Source of the DNA: Candidatus Nanoarchaeia archaeon
GTDB lineage: Archaea > Nanobdellota > Nanobdellia > SCGC-AAA011-G17 > JACPNG01
NCBI GenBank assembly: GCA_028713535.1
Contig: JAQTOC010000004.1
Span: 1 to 62,417, forward strand
Length of the DNA: 62,417 bases
Direction of reading: 5' to 3'
The first letter of the stretch is position 1, and the number at the start of each line of letters is the position of its first letter. The notes under the pieces were generated by a model, which did no database searches, had not been told where the DNA came from, and saw only the letters and a program-made list of their open reading frames with translations. The position numbers and the translations under genes are program-made. Positions 1 through 9,345 of this stretch are shown in pieces.

Positions 1-2958
1 AAATGGCATGTCTTCCACATCTGAAGCAATGTATGCATTGTCAATCGGGCTTGATCCTCTTATGATTGGTGCTGTCAAGTCAGGCCCAGAACTTATTTTA
101 AACCTGATATAATAATCTCTCTCATTTTTATTCCCTTTTGCATCCTTGCATCTTACATAAACCGTGTATTTTCCCCCATTGCTGAACCTCAATGCAGTTT
201 CTTCTTTTAATTCTCCAGGCAGATTCAAAACAGACTGGTGATCATACCTCAATAATTCATCCTGGAAATAACTAACCATCTCATCAAAATCCTTTCCCTG
301 TTCTACATTAAACTTGCACTGGCTTGGCTCGTTTGTTTTTATTCCGATGTCAACAGGGCTGTATGCAGGCAGCGCATTTTCAATTTCAAATCCGGTTGCT
401 TCTTTCTTTATTTTAATTGTTTTATCTTTTATCGATGGCTCAATGATTGGTGAATCAACATCTTTAGGATTCATATCAACGCATTTTTCCTCAGCAGTTC
501 CTGCATTGATCAAGCTGCACGTTTTTCCCAGGCTCTTGCATTTATACTCAGAGCATCCAAGCTTTTCATCATTGCATTTCTCGCAATCATCTCCTCCTTC
601 AGGAGCCTGCCACATCTGGCAATTAATAGTATATTCTTTTTCTTGATACTCTGATGCAGCAACATCAAACAATTGCACAAGCTGATAATAAGTAAAGAAT
701 GTATTTAATCCTCCAAGAATGTTCCCCCAAGTATCTTCCTTAACAATTTGTCCATCCACAATTGTATAACCTTTTTTCAAAAGTTCATCTTTCTTATCTT
801 TAATAAGAAGATCAGTTGCATACTTATAATTTGATTCAATTCCAGTAGTAGCCATATCTTTTCCTAAAATCTCTTTAGTTAAACTCTGCAATTCCTTATA
901 ATTCAAAGCCGTTCCAAAAGCACTATATCCTCCAAAAACCTGCAAAGGATTTAATCCGCCCAAAGCAGTTTCTCCAATGTCTCCAGATCTTATTCCCCCC
1001 CAGATTGTTGTTACTGACTGGAAACCCAAGGCAATCCAGTTGTCCAAGTCCCATCTCTTGCTGAATTCAGAAACAGTTTCTCTGTTAGAGCTTCCAGAAA
1101 CTAAAGCATTGATATTCCCCAAATCACTTTGTTTTAAATCATAACCATCAAAATACAAGCTGTCTGACTTCTTCTCAGCACTTGCAGTATTAACATAACC
1201 ATCAAAAGTAGCAACCCCATTCACATTAAAGTAAGCTCCGCAATCGCCTAAGCTTTTGCAGTAGTTGTTTCCTGCAACAACCCATTCATCCTCAGTGCAC
1301 TGGCAGTTTTTAACGCATTCATATGCAGTGTCTTTCCCAGAAATAAATCCAACAACTCTTGCAAGTCCTCCTCTGACCCACTCAACTTTACAGGTCTGGC
1401 TTCCTATGCTGCATCCAGTTTTAGATTCACTGTCAACAGAAACATTTCCGTTTTCGTTTTGTTTAGTATAATCAACACTCCAGAACTTCATTCCAGGTGG
1501 AACATTAGGAACACATTTTCCATTAGCGCCTTTCAGCCATTTTTCATAAATTGTTTCTTCATCGCCATTTAAGTTTGTTTCAATTTCATCATCGCTTAAA
1601 AATCCAAATATGCTTCCTGAGTTTTCAGACCAGTAGCAATCTCTTGTGTTAATATCATTGCAGCATTCCTTTGCACTGCATAATATCTGTGCTTCATTAA
1701 TATTTTCTGTGCCCTCAATTTGCACTAATGTTCCAGCGTCGTCAGGAACCGGGTCTTCTACCCCACTGCATTTTCCGCTATACATATTTCTAAGAACGCT
1801 CGGATTATTGCATGTTCCACAATCAGAATATCTGTTCGGAACACATCCAGCCTCAATATACCCTTTTTCTATATTGATAGATTCAAGCAAGCCTGTTGGT
1901 TCTTCACCTTGGATCTGCTGGACACACATTTCTTCTCTGTAGTCTTTGCATTCCTCAATCATTTCCTCTCCGTTAATGCACAAAGCCCTGTAATGCCTGC
2001 TTCCAACAAGATCTAATCCCTCTCCTACAGCGCCCTCATAAATACACCATGACTCTCCAACGTTCCTGCTTTTTCCAGAGCTTGGAGCAGCATCAAATTT
2101 AGTAGTTTCCTTACAGTTTACATCCTTGCATATAAACTCGCCGTATGCTGGTTTTTTAGTTGTATAATTCCCGCAAATAGTTCCAGAAACATAATCGCAG
2201 TTTCCACAATTAGTATCATCTGACTCAGCTTTGCAGTTTATATCTTTTACATATCCCTGGTTGTAACTTACATCCTTGTTTGAAGTATAAACATTCTCTC
2301 TGTTCCCACATGAGTCATACCAGTAAACTTTTCCTTGGTAGCATTCAGTATGATGCTGTTTTGCACAGCCACAGCTTAGCATGTCATTGCTGCACAGCAT
2401 ATCTTTGAAAAATCCCTCAGTGCTTTCATTGCTTCCCTCGCCAGCACTGCATGAATCTCTTGTTGTAAATATGCACGAATCTCCTGAGACACAGCATCCT
2501 GTTTCCTTGCTTTTTGATTTAGCCAAACATGTTTTCTCATCTGTGATTGAAGAGTCAAAAGTTGTTGTTATGTCTGAATATTTTGATCCTGTTTCCTTGC
2601 ATTTAACCTCTGTAACAAAAAATGCCTCTGTACCAATTAAACAACATCCATTAGTACATTGAGAAACTGAACATGAAGCATCAGCACTAAATGTTCCTCC
2701 GCTTTCCTTGCAAAGTGCCTGCGGAGTGTTCTTGAAACATCTACCTTCATCCTGTGAGAAACAGCATCCTAAATTGCAATAACTTGTCTGCTCGCAGGTA
2801 GCATAATTTTTCCTGAAAGCAGAACTGCATTCATTTTCATCAGTATACTGGCAGTAGTCTCCTGAATTAGTTCTCTCGCAGCATGCATCAGTTGCACTGA
2901 CAAAACTAACCAAGCAAATAAAGATAAATACAAAAACAAAAAGTTTTGATAGTTTCAT
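1..2958 (-). CDS. Giant cysteine-rich secreted surface protein, paralog of 3809..7051 (3' end runs off the window)
   Basis: Absent from the ORF track because it is open at the window edge. Manual translation from ATG 2958 gives MKLSKLFVFVFIFICLVSFVSATDACCERTNSGDYCQYTDENECSS (signal peptide, then Cys-rich modules). The frame is open where spot-checked (2340: YQGKVYWYDSCGNRENVYTS; 1500: PPGMKFWSVDYTKQNENGNV). It shares VYWYDSCGN, GESWC, VGSRHYR, WQAP..GD.CEKC and CS.YKC motifs with the 1080-aa neighbour. ATGA start/stop overlap with 2955..3761. Confidence 0.8.
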   Translation of the reverse strand, partial: MKLSKLFVFVFIFICLVSFVSATDACCERTNSGDYCQYTDENECSSAFRKNYATCEQTSYCNLGCCFSQDEGRCFKNTPQALCKESGGTFSADASCSVSQCTNGCCLIGTEAFFVTEVKCKETGSKYSDITTTFDSSITDEKTCLAKSKSKETGCCVSGDSCIFTTRDSCSAGEGSNESTEGFFKDMLCSNDMLSCGCAKQHHTECYQGKVYWYDSCGNRENVYTSNKDVSYNQGYVKDINCKAESDDTNCGNCDYVSGTICGNYTTKKPAYGEFICKDVNCKETTKFDAAPSSGKSRNVGESWCIYEGAVGEGLDLVGSRHYRALCINGEEMIEECKDYREEMCVQQIQGEEPTGLLESINIEKGYIEAGCVPNRYSDCGTCNNPSVLRNMYSGKCSGVEDPVPDDAGTLVQIEGTENINEAQILCSAKECCNDINTRDCYWSENSGSIFGFLSDDEIETNLNGDEETIYEKWLKGANGKCVPNVPPGMKFWSVDYTKQNENGNVSVDSESKTGCSIGSQTCKVEWVRGGLARVVGFISGKDTAYECVKNCQCTEDEWVVAGNNYCKSLGDCGAYFNVNGVATFDGYVNTASAEKKSDSLYFDGYDLKQSDLGNINALVSGSSNRETVSEFSKRWDLDNWIALGFQSVTTIWGGIRSGDIGETALGGLNPLQVFGGYSAFGTALNYKELQSLTKEILGKDMATTGIESNYKYATDLLIKDKKDELLKKGYTIVDGQIVKEDTWGNILGGLNTFFTYYQLVQLFDVAASEYQEKEYTINCQMWQAPEGGDDCEKCNDEKLGCSEYKCKSLGKTCSLINAGTAEEKCVDMNPKDVDSPIIEPSIKDKTIKIKKEATGFEIENALPAYSPVDIGIKTNEPSQCKFNVEQGKDFDEMVSYFQDELLRYDHQSVLNLPGELKEETALRFSNGGKYTVYVRCKDAKGNKNERDYYIRFKISSGPDLTAPIIRGSSPIDNAYIASDVEDMPF

Positions 2959-3761
2959 GCAAACCTGTCCTCTCCCTCAATAGCAAACTGGAAACTATAT
3001 TCATTGCCTTCCTTGACAATGTCATAAACCTTGTCCGGATAAGGTTTTTTTAGATAAATTTTGTATTCTCCTTTCTTTGCAAGCATATACGTTAACGTAT
3101 CAAAGTATCCAGTTACAGCTTCGCCAGCAAAAGCATCCCATCCATTTATTACATCTTGTGAAACATCATAAAGCTGGCCAAGCGGATAATCAAAGTTAAT
3201 CTCAAACTTGTCCTCTGAAACACTGACATCCTTGCTCTTTCCGCTTAATTTAACAGGCCAGTTGACATTCAGAACAACCTGGTCTGGTCTTATGGCAAAT
3301 TCATATTTTGGTGTTCCGGTTGTAATAACATTATATTTTTTAAATCCGCCTGTGTCTTTTACAGACTCCAAACAATCATTCATGAAATAAGCAGCAGCCT
3401 CATTAAGCTGATCTTCCATTTCTTTTATTGTTAACATCCTGTTGCTGCAGCCATTTTTATTGGGGATATCATAACATAGGTAGCTTACCTTGCTGTCAGC
3501 ATATAATCTGTAGCTTCCCTCAGTAGTCTCCAGATAGCCTCCTTGTTTTCCAATTGTTTTCAATAGTTCATTTGGGCTGTTTAGATTTTCATCATAACCG
3601 CATTCAATCATCTTATCCCTTATTAGATCCATCTCAGACTCTAAGCTTTCAGAAGTTATTGGCATGAATATCGTGTTTCTGGCAACCAAAAACAAAGCCA
3701 CCACCACAACAATAACTATTCCAATAATAACAAACAAAGTTACCTGACCTCTTTTTTTCAT
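2955..3761 (-). CDS. Prepilin-like protein (class III signal peptide), paralog of 33241..33939
   Basis: N-terminus MKKRGQVTLFVIIGIVIVVVVALFLV has basic residues, then G|Q, then a long hydrophobic helix, as in archaeal type IV prepilins. The globular remainder aligns by eye with 33241..33939 (KVSY, E.F.F.FD, C-terminal Y.F.FA). Its stop overlaps the start of the downstream giant gene. Confidence 0.65.
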   Translation of the reverse strand: MKKRGQVTLFVIIGIVIVVVVALFLVARNTIFMPITSESLESEMDLIRDKMIECGYDENLNSPNELLKTIGKQGGYLETTEGSYRLYADSKVSYLCYDIPNKNGCSNRMLTIKEMEDQLNEAAAYFMNDCLESVKDTGGFKKYNVITTGTPKYEFAIRPDQVVLNVNWPVKLSGKSKDVSVSEDKFEINFDYPLGQLYDVSQDVINGWDAFAGEAVTGYFDTLTYMLAKKGEYKIYLKKPYPDKVYDIVKEGNEYSFQFAIEGEDRFA

Positions 3762-3808
3762 TTTAACTCTCCTTTATTCTTGTTTTCATTTTTTAAAAAT
3801 CTTACCTT

Positions 3809-6800
3809 TCAAACATTTATGCTGTAAACCGGGCTTAAGTTATTTTCACCATCCTTGCATATTAAATAATACCTGTTATTTTCAACAACAAACATATGTT
3901 CATAATCCACTTTATCTGTATCTTCTCCACTTCCAAATGAAAAATCATCCTCAGTAGAGTACTCGCATTCTGCATCTTCATCCAGTTCAACATGTAACGT
4001 ATCGTCTTTCTTATACAACCTGACAATAACAGGGTAGTTTACATCCTTGGTTACAGCAAATTTAATTTCTTTTGTCGCCTTGTTCCCAGCCACGTCCTCA
4101 CATTCAACCTTAAAGTCATAACTCCCCATCGCAACATCTTTAAATTCCTGGCTGTGTAAATTTGAGTTTGTTTCTTTAAACTTAATTCCGTTATATTCGC
4201 ATTCAGCCTTTCCGTTTTCTGCTCCTCCAGAAGTTGCAACATTCAATGTAAATGTATTTTTATACAAGCTTGTTTCTTTTGGGGTATAATCATCTATTGT
4301 TAATTCGCTTGGAGATTCTTTTAGATTAATCAAATAAGAATCCTGATTTACGTTTCCGCTTGAATCCATGCATTTAAAGTAATAACTAACCTTGTTGTCT
4401 TTAAATTCCAGATCAACATTTATTTTACATATATATTTATCATCGTTTTTGCTGCAGCTTGTTTCAGACAGCATCTCACCGTATTCTTTACCTTCATCAG
4501 AGTATTTACATTTAGTTGGTTCATTTGTGTAAACATTAATACCAATTTGTTTTAAGCTATAAGGAACAAAGCTATTGTCCTTGGGGTCACTTGCCTCAAT
4601 TATCGGAGCAGTCAAATCTGGCCCTTCTTTGGTATTAAACTTAATCGTATAAGGAACTTCATTTGCATTTGAAGATTTTCCTTTGCATCTTACATACAAA
4701 ATATATTTCTTGCCTGGCTCAGCTAAAATGCTTAATGAATGCTTGACATCATAATAGCCCTCTCCAAAGTAATTTACCATTGCATCATATCTTGTGCTTG
4801 GATCCTCAGAGAATTTGCATTGTGCAATTTTGTTTGTTTTAATTCCAACATTCAATCTGGTGTAAGCAGTCACATCCGGAGTTATTTTAAATCCTCTTCC
4901 GTCTTCAGCTAGCTTATATCCTTTGGTTAAATTTTCAGGCCAAGCAGTTATTACTGGAGACGTAATGTCCTTTTGTTCCAATTTGACGCACATTGGCCTG
5001 TCAGTTCCAGCATTCTCCTCGATAAACTCACACTGTGTTCCTAGACTTTCGCATTTGTACTTTGAACACTCTTTGAATTTTCCATACTCTCCGTCAACTA
5101 ATCCGCACTTCTCGCAATTGTCTCCATTGTCTGGAGCCTGCCATGCAGAACAAACTGTAGTAACCATCCTGGATTCATCAGTACTCATGAACCAGTCAAC
5201 AACAGTGAGAACTGCTGCAGCAACAACAACCGCTACAACAACCGGACCCAAAATCGGACCCAGCCCTAACAATTCTCCTATCCCCACCACATTAGAACTC
5301 CCAAAGAAAGCAGGTAATAATTCTACACCATAAACTAGATGAAAAAATGCTGCAGCCAGAGAAACACCTATACCAGCTACTCCTAAAGACCTGACCATAA
5401 CCAATTCAAAATTAACTCCCTCAGATCCAGATGATGATGCAGAAGAAACAAAATCCTCATAGTTAATTTCTCCTAAATACAAACCTTTAACATCTTGGAA
5501 TAATTCAGACGATTCAATAGGAAATAAATTTTCTTTCATGTTTTTCTTGGGCATCTCTTTTAATTCAGGAAAGTTTTCTATAAAATTTGAAAATTCATCT
5601 TCAGGCTGTTCAATAGCTCCTTCCCAATTTCTAACAAATCCGTCACCATTAAATTCACCTTTCCAGTTATACTTAGCTCCGCAATCTCCAGCAGAATTAC
5701 AAATATAATTGCTTAATGCCATCCAATTATCAGAATAAGCACTGCATCCCTCAGCACAATACATTTCTCCTCCAAGAGAATATGCTTCCGATTCCCAAAC
5801 GCTTAAGGCCTGGTTAAACCCGCCCTCACAGTTCTTAGATTCTTCTCCTAAATTTCCAGAAGACACCAGAGGCAGGCATCTCCCTAAAGCCTGATCCATC
5901 TCAATCTGCCTTCTTAAATCTGGAAACTCTGTTACATTTTTATCATTTAAGATTGGGCTGCCCTCTAATTTTTCTGCAATAGTCTCTTCATCCAAACCAG
6001 AGCTTAAACTTAACCAGTAGCAATCCTTGTCAGTTTTCTCGCAGCATTTTTTGTCAGCGATTAATGCATCTGTATAATCTTCAATCTCCTGATTAAAAGC
6101 ATCATCATCGTCATAGGTCTTAGGCAATAATTCGTAAGCAGTATTACAGTCACTCATGCATTTATCATATCTGTTTTCTTTGCAGGCAGCCTCCCTAAAA
6201 GTTTGTCCATTAACATTGACATCAGCATACATGCATATTTCATTTCTGTAATCCTCGCATGGCTCTTCAATCTCAACCCCATCAATACAAATATGCCTGT
6301 AATGCCTCGAACCAACTGCATCTAAACCAGGCCCAGAAGCAGAATCATAAACACACCAGGACTCTCCATTCTTTCTCATAACTCCTGTGTCTTTGGTGTT
6401 TTCATCCTTGTAAGTAGTTTCGCAATCTAAAGTATAACAATCAACCTTTCCATTTTCATCCCTGCATTTTAATCCGCTTGCATAATCGCATTTCTTAACA
6501 ATATTTTCTTTATTGCCACATGAGTCATACCAGTAAACATCCCCATTAGAACATTGCTTATAATTTTCTTTTTTGCATCCGCAAAAGCTCACACCAGAAC
6601 AAAATTGATCATCATAAAATTCTCCAGAACATAAATTCTTGGTCGTATAAGTGCATCCTTCATCTAAACAACAGCCAGTAGCAGAAGCCTCACAAGAAGA
6701 AGTGCATTCAGTTTCAGAGCCACCCTCACTAAATGCATAATCAATTCCTGAATATGATGAAGCAGTGGCTTCGCATTTATACTTGCTTACAAAGCTGCAC

Positions 6801-7051
6801 TGGTCTCCTATCTTGCAACAACCCTTCTGGCATTTTGAATAAGTGCTGCATTCAGGGCTTGAAAAAAACTGTCCGCCTTTATTTGAACACTCGCTCTGGG
6901 ATGTATTGTCTGAACACAGACCTTCACTCTCTAAAAAACAGCATCCTGTATCCTCAGCCCTGACTTCTTTAAGAGAATAAACTGAAAACAAAGCAAAAAT
7001 AAGGATTATGATTTCAAAAATAGCATTAGCTTTAACAAACCCCTTTTTCAT
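3809..7051 (-). CDS. Giant cysteine-rich secreted/membrane-associated surface protein (1080 aa)
   Basis: Signal-anchor N-terminus. The first ~450 aa are Cys-rich (CC, CxxC-like spacing; VYWYDSCGN, VGSRHYR). A central Gly/Ala/Val hydrophobic block follows, then four C-terminal repeats each with a conserved Cys pair (QCKF...YVRCKG; KCKY...YFKCMD; ECEY...KVECED; ECEY...YLICKD). Confidence 0.85.
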   Translation of the reverse strand: MKKGFVKANAIFEIIILIFALFSVYSLKEVRAEDTGCCFLESEGLCSDNTSQSECSNKGGQFFSSPECSTYSKCQKGCCKIGDQCSFVSKYKCEATASSYSGIDYAFSEGGSETECTSSCEASATGCCLDEGCTYTTKNLCSGEFYDDQFCSGVSFCGCKKENYKQCSNGDVYWYDSCGNKENIVKKCDYASGLKCRDENGKVDCYTLDCETTYKDENTKDTGVMRKNGESWCVYDSASGPGLDAVGSRHYRHICIDGVEIEEPCEDYRNEICMYADVNVNGQTFREAACKENRYDKCMSDCNTAYELLPKTYDDDDAFNQEIEDYTDALIADKKCCEKTDKDCYWLSLSSGLDEETIAEKLEGSPILNDKNVTEFPDLRRQIEMDQALGRCLPLVSSGNLGEESKNCEGGFNQALSVWESEAYSLGGEMYCAEGCSAYSDNWMALSNYICNSAGDCGAKYNWKGEFNGDGFVRNWEGAIEQPEDEFSNFIENFPELKEMPKKNMKENLFPIESSELFQDVKGLYLGEINYEDFVSSASSSGSEGVNFELVMVRSLGVAGIGVSLAAAFFHLVYGVELLPAFFGSSNVVGIGELLGLGPILGPVVVAVVVAAAVLTVVDWFMSTDESRMVTTVCSAWQAPDNGDNCEKCGLVDGEYGKFKECSKYKCESLGTQCEFIEENAGTDRPMCVKLEQKDITSPVITAWPENLTKGYKLAEDGRGFKITPDVTAYTRLNVGIKTNKIAQCKFSEDPSTRYDAMVNYFGEGYYDVKHSLSILAEPGKKYILYVRCKGKSSNANEVPYTIKFNTKEGPDLTAPIIEASDPKDNSFVPYSLKQIGINVYTNEPTKCKYSDEGKEYGEMLSETSCSKNDDKYICKINVDLEFKDNKVSYYFKCMDSSGNVNQDSYLINLKESPSELTIDDYTPKETSLYKNTFTLNVATSGGAENGKAECEYNGIKFKETNSNLHSQEFKDVAMGSYDFKVECEDVAGNKATKEIKFAVTKDVNYPVIVRLYKKDDTLHVELDEDAECEYSTEDDFSFGSGEDTDKVDYEHMFVVENNRYYLICKDGENNLSPVYSINV

Positions 7052-7106
7052 ATAAAAACAAGAGTAAAGTTTATTTTAAATAGTTTACTACTCCCAAACT
7101 CAGAAG

Positions 7107-7595
7107 TCACGTATTATATGTTATTATTCCATCCGGGGTTTCATAATCAACATAACCTTTTTCAACATTAAAATAAATTGAGTTTGATTTCATAAATTCT
7201 GGATGGTTAGCCTTCAAAAACTTCCTGTATCCTCTTACAGCCTCAAAGAAATAAAACTTAAACTCGTCCAATTCCAAACTTATGTTTTTAAAATCTTCAG
7301 GTTTAAAACCAAGTTCCAATCCAACTTTTTTAACAAAACCTTCAAATGAACTCAACATAAAATAAGGTGTATCATCCAGCCCCTCTAAACTTCTCCAAAG
7401 AATATCATCAACTCCAATCTCTAGATACTGTTTCCCTCTTTTCTCAGGGATTTTCCCACTAATCATATAAGTCCTAGGTTTGTTGCCATGACGATGTATC
7501 CATATTGGGGGGGTAGACTCAATTTCTGAGAAAAGGTCCTTTTTGAACAGTTTTTCATACTGCTCCTGCGTCAAGGTTTTTAATGAAGATACCAT
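7107..7595 (-). CDS. Hypothetical cytoplasmic protein
   Basis: Clean 162-aa ORF with ATG start and ordinary composition. No motif I recognise. Confidence 0.55.
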   Translation of the reverse strand: MVSSLKTLTQEQYEKLFKKDLFSEIESTPPIWIHRHGNKPRTYMISGKIPEKRGKQYLEIGVDDILWRSLEGLDDTPYFMLSSFEGFVKKVGLELGFKPEDFKNISLELDEFKFYFFEAVRGYRKFLKANHPEFMKSNSIYFNVEKGYVDYETPDGIITYNT

Positions 7596-7701
7596 TAAAA
7601 AAATAAAGAATTACAATTAATATTTAAGCATTATTGCTCTGGAACAGCAAATTATATAAAGATTCAAACCCCCTATTTTATATGTATTTTCTCAAAATAA
7701 G

Positions 7702-8139
7702 ATGAGAGAGTTAGAAATCTTAAAAAAAATCCTTAACCAAGAGTTTGAGGCCGAAAGCAGGTATATTGAGCATATAAACAAAATAAGAACCCCGATAATA
7801 AGAAAAATGCTAAAGGATTTAAAAGCAGAAGAATCAAAACACAAAAGACAATTAATCACTTTAATAAAAAATTTAGATGAAGATTTTAACGAAAAAGAAT
7901 ACGCAGAAACAAAAAAAATCCTTCCAGAAGAGCCAGGAACTGAAAACTTTAAATTAGTTCAGGCCTTGCTTGAGCTTGACAAAGAAGCAGAAGAGGAATC
8001 ATACAAAGAATATACCGAAGCTTCAAATGAACTTGACACCCCAATAAGGGAAATCCTAATAAAATTCAGGAACGATGAAGATATCCATATCAAGAAGATT
8101 AAGAATTTGATAGATCAGCTTGCAATGTTAAACAGATAA
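7702..8139 (+). CDS. Ferritin-like / rubrerythrin-fold four-helix protein (tentative)
   Basis: Helical 145-aa protein with paired E...E..H-type segments (EAESRYIEH, AEESKHKRQ, EAEEESYKEY, NDEDIHIKK), reminiscent of di-iron four-helix bundles. Confidence 0.45.
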   Translation: MRELEILKKILNQEFEAESRYIEHINKIRTPIIRKMLKDLKAEESKHKRQLITLIKNLDEDFNEKEYAETKKILPEEPGTENFKLVQALLELDKEAEEESYKEYTEASNELDTPIREILIKFRNDEDIHIKKIKNLIDQLAMLNR

Positions 8140-8682
8140 TTGCCTGTTAAAACATCCATACATCCCTCTGGTATGCTCTCCAAATTCAACACCATACACC
8201 CGACCCCATGCATCAATATTAATAGACCTTTCATCATCAATCTTTACGTTTAAATATTGGTGTGGAGAAATAACACAAACCATGTTTATTCTTTGTTTTA
8301 TATCTTCTTCATTAAAACAGCCAGATTTAATTAATAAAATTCTCATTATGTAATTGAAAGTCATGCAGTGCATGAACCTGCTGTCCTGGTTCCATATTTT
8401 ATTTAAATCTGAAACAAAAAGCCAGGGAAACCTTGTGTAAGTTTTGTACTTTCCTCCTCTCCATTTACTTGTAACCAAATCATAAGCCTTGTACAGGCAT
8501 TCTTCTTTATCACCAGTATCCTTTAATTCTTTGATCCAGCCATCCATTTCTTCAGGGACTTCTTTTGGCAGTGATTTTTTCCATAAAAAATTTGGAATGC
8601 TTGCAAGAATTAACATAACCAAAATTATAATTGCTAAGATTTTTACTCTGTGCCTTTTTATCTTTAGTATTACTTTTCTCAT
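8128..8682 (-). CDS. Membrane-anchored transglutaminase-like cysteine protease fold protein
   Basis: N-terminal TM helix. Candidate Cys-His-Asp triad in the order HCMTFNYIMRILL ... SPHQYLNV ... NIDAWG. The ATG at 8682 is preferred over the TTG at 8688 used by the ORF track. Confidence 0.5.
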   Translation of the reverse strand: MRKVILKIKRHRVKILAIIILVMLILASIPNFLWKKSLPKEVPEEMDGWIKELKDTGDKEECLYKAYDLVTSKWRGGKYKTYTRFPWLFVSDLNKIWNQDSRFMHCMTFNYIMRILLIKSGCFNEEDIKQRINMVCVISPHQYLNVKIDDERSINIDAWGRVYGVEFGEHTRGMYGCFNRQLSV

Positions 8683-8712
8683 AATCAAAAAAAGACAATA
8701 CTCTATAAAAAA

Positions 8713-9285
8713 TTAACGCTTCTTTCTCACTATAATCAGCGCAGCAGTGATGCTGCCTAACAATCCAAATACCAAATCCAAGGCATTGTTTAAATAATCT
8801 CCAACCTGATTCTTGGCTCCAAGCCACACAGAAGGGACTAATTCCAAAATTTCATAAAATCCTGCAACTCCCAGCGAGAGAGTTATTAAATATAAAAACC
8901 ACGTAGATTTTATTGTAGTCTTTTTTAAATGTGGCCTTATTAGATGGTTAATCATAAAAGTTACTGTGAATATCCCAAGAAAATGAACTGGGTTGTCATA
9001 CTTTAAAACTCCGGGGATAATCCAAAAATCATACAGCCTAACATTCCCGACATCCACATGCCCTCCCAAGATATGCAATGTCAATAAAACAGTCAATCCA
9101 AACATTGACCAAACAGGAAAATTAAATTTTTTATAAAAAATAACAAAAAACAAAATGACAAACAGCATCAGCGCAGTGTAATACAGGAATTCATAGTTTC
9201 CTCTCAATACAAAAAAGATTGTAAACAAACTCATAAATAAAAGAGAATAAATCAGCATCAATCTTAATGCAGTCTTTTTCTCCAT
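8713..9285 (-). CDS. Polytopic membrane protein (tandem paralog A)
   Basis: 190 aa with about 5 TM helices. Clearly homologous to 9346..9921 (LRGNYEFLYYTALM / AKNYEFLFSTALM; NALDLVFGLLGSI / NALDLLFGLLGSI). Confidence 0.7.
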   Translation of the reverse strand: MEKKTALRLMLIYSLLFMSLFTIFFVLRGNYEFLYYTALMLFVILFFVIFYKKFNFPVWSMFGLTVLLTLHILGGHVDVGNVRLYDFWIIPGVLKYDNPVHFLGIFTVTFMINHLIRPHLKKTTIKSTWFLYLITLSLGVAGFYEILELVPSVWLGAKNQVGDYLNNALDLVFGLLGSITAALIIVRKKR

Positions 9286-9345
9286 AAATTTTTTAATTAT
9301 AATAAAAATATAAATCTTTCTAAATAATCGTGTTACAAAAATAAA

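Noticed and set aside
2306-2328. 23-nt identity with 6516..6538
   Set aside because: Both encode the conserved VYWYDSCG motif of the two paralogs, using the genome's preferred A/T-ending codons. Paralogy plus codon bias explains it, with no need to invoke a repeat element or recent gene conversion.
314-2662. Plus-strand ORFs 314..646, 1265..1471, 1646..1942, 2381..2662, and minus-strand ORF 2376..2558
   Set aside because: All lie inside the edge-truncated giant minus-strand gene, antisense or in an alternative frame. Their translations are Ser/Pro/Leu/His-rich with no motifs.
4051-6963. ORFs 4051..4242(-), 4923..5333(+) and 6733..6963(+) inside the 1080-aa gene
   Set aside because: Shadow or alternative-frame ORFs within a well-supported long CDS. 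The 136-aa one simply mirrors the Gly/Ala/Val hydrophobic block.
8489-8827. ORFs 8489..8716(+) and 8552..8827(-)
   Set aside because: They overlap the better-supported transglutaminase-like and membrane-protein genes in other frames or on the other strand, and have no motifs.
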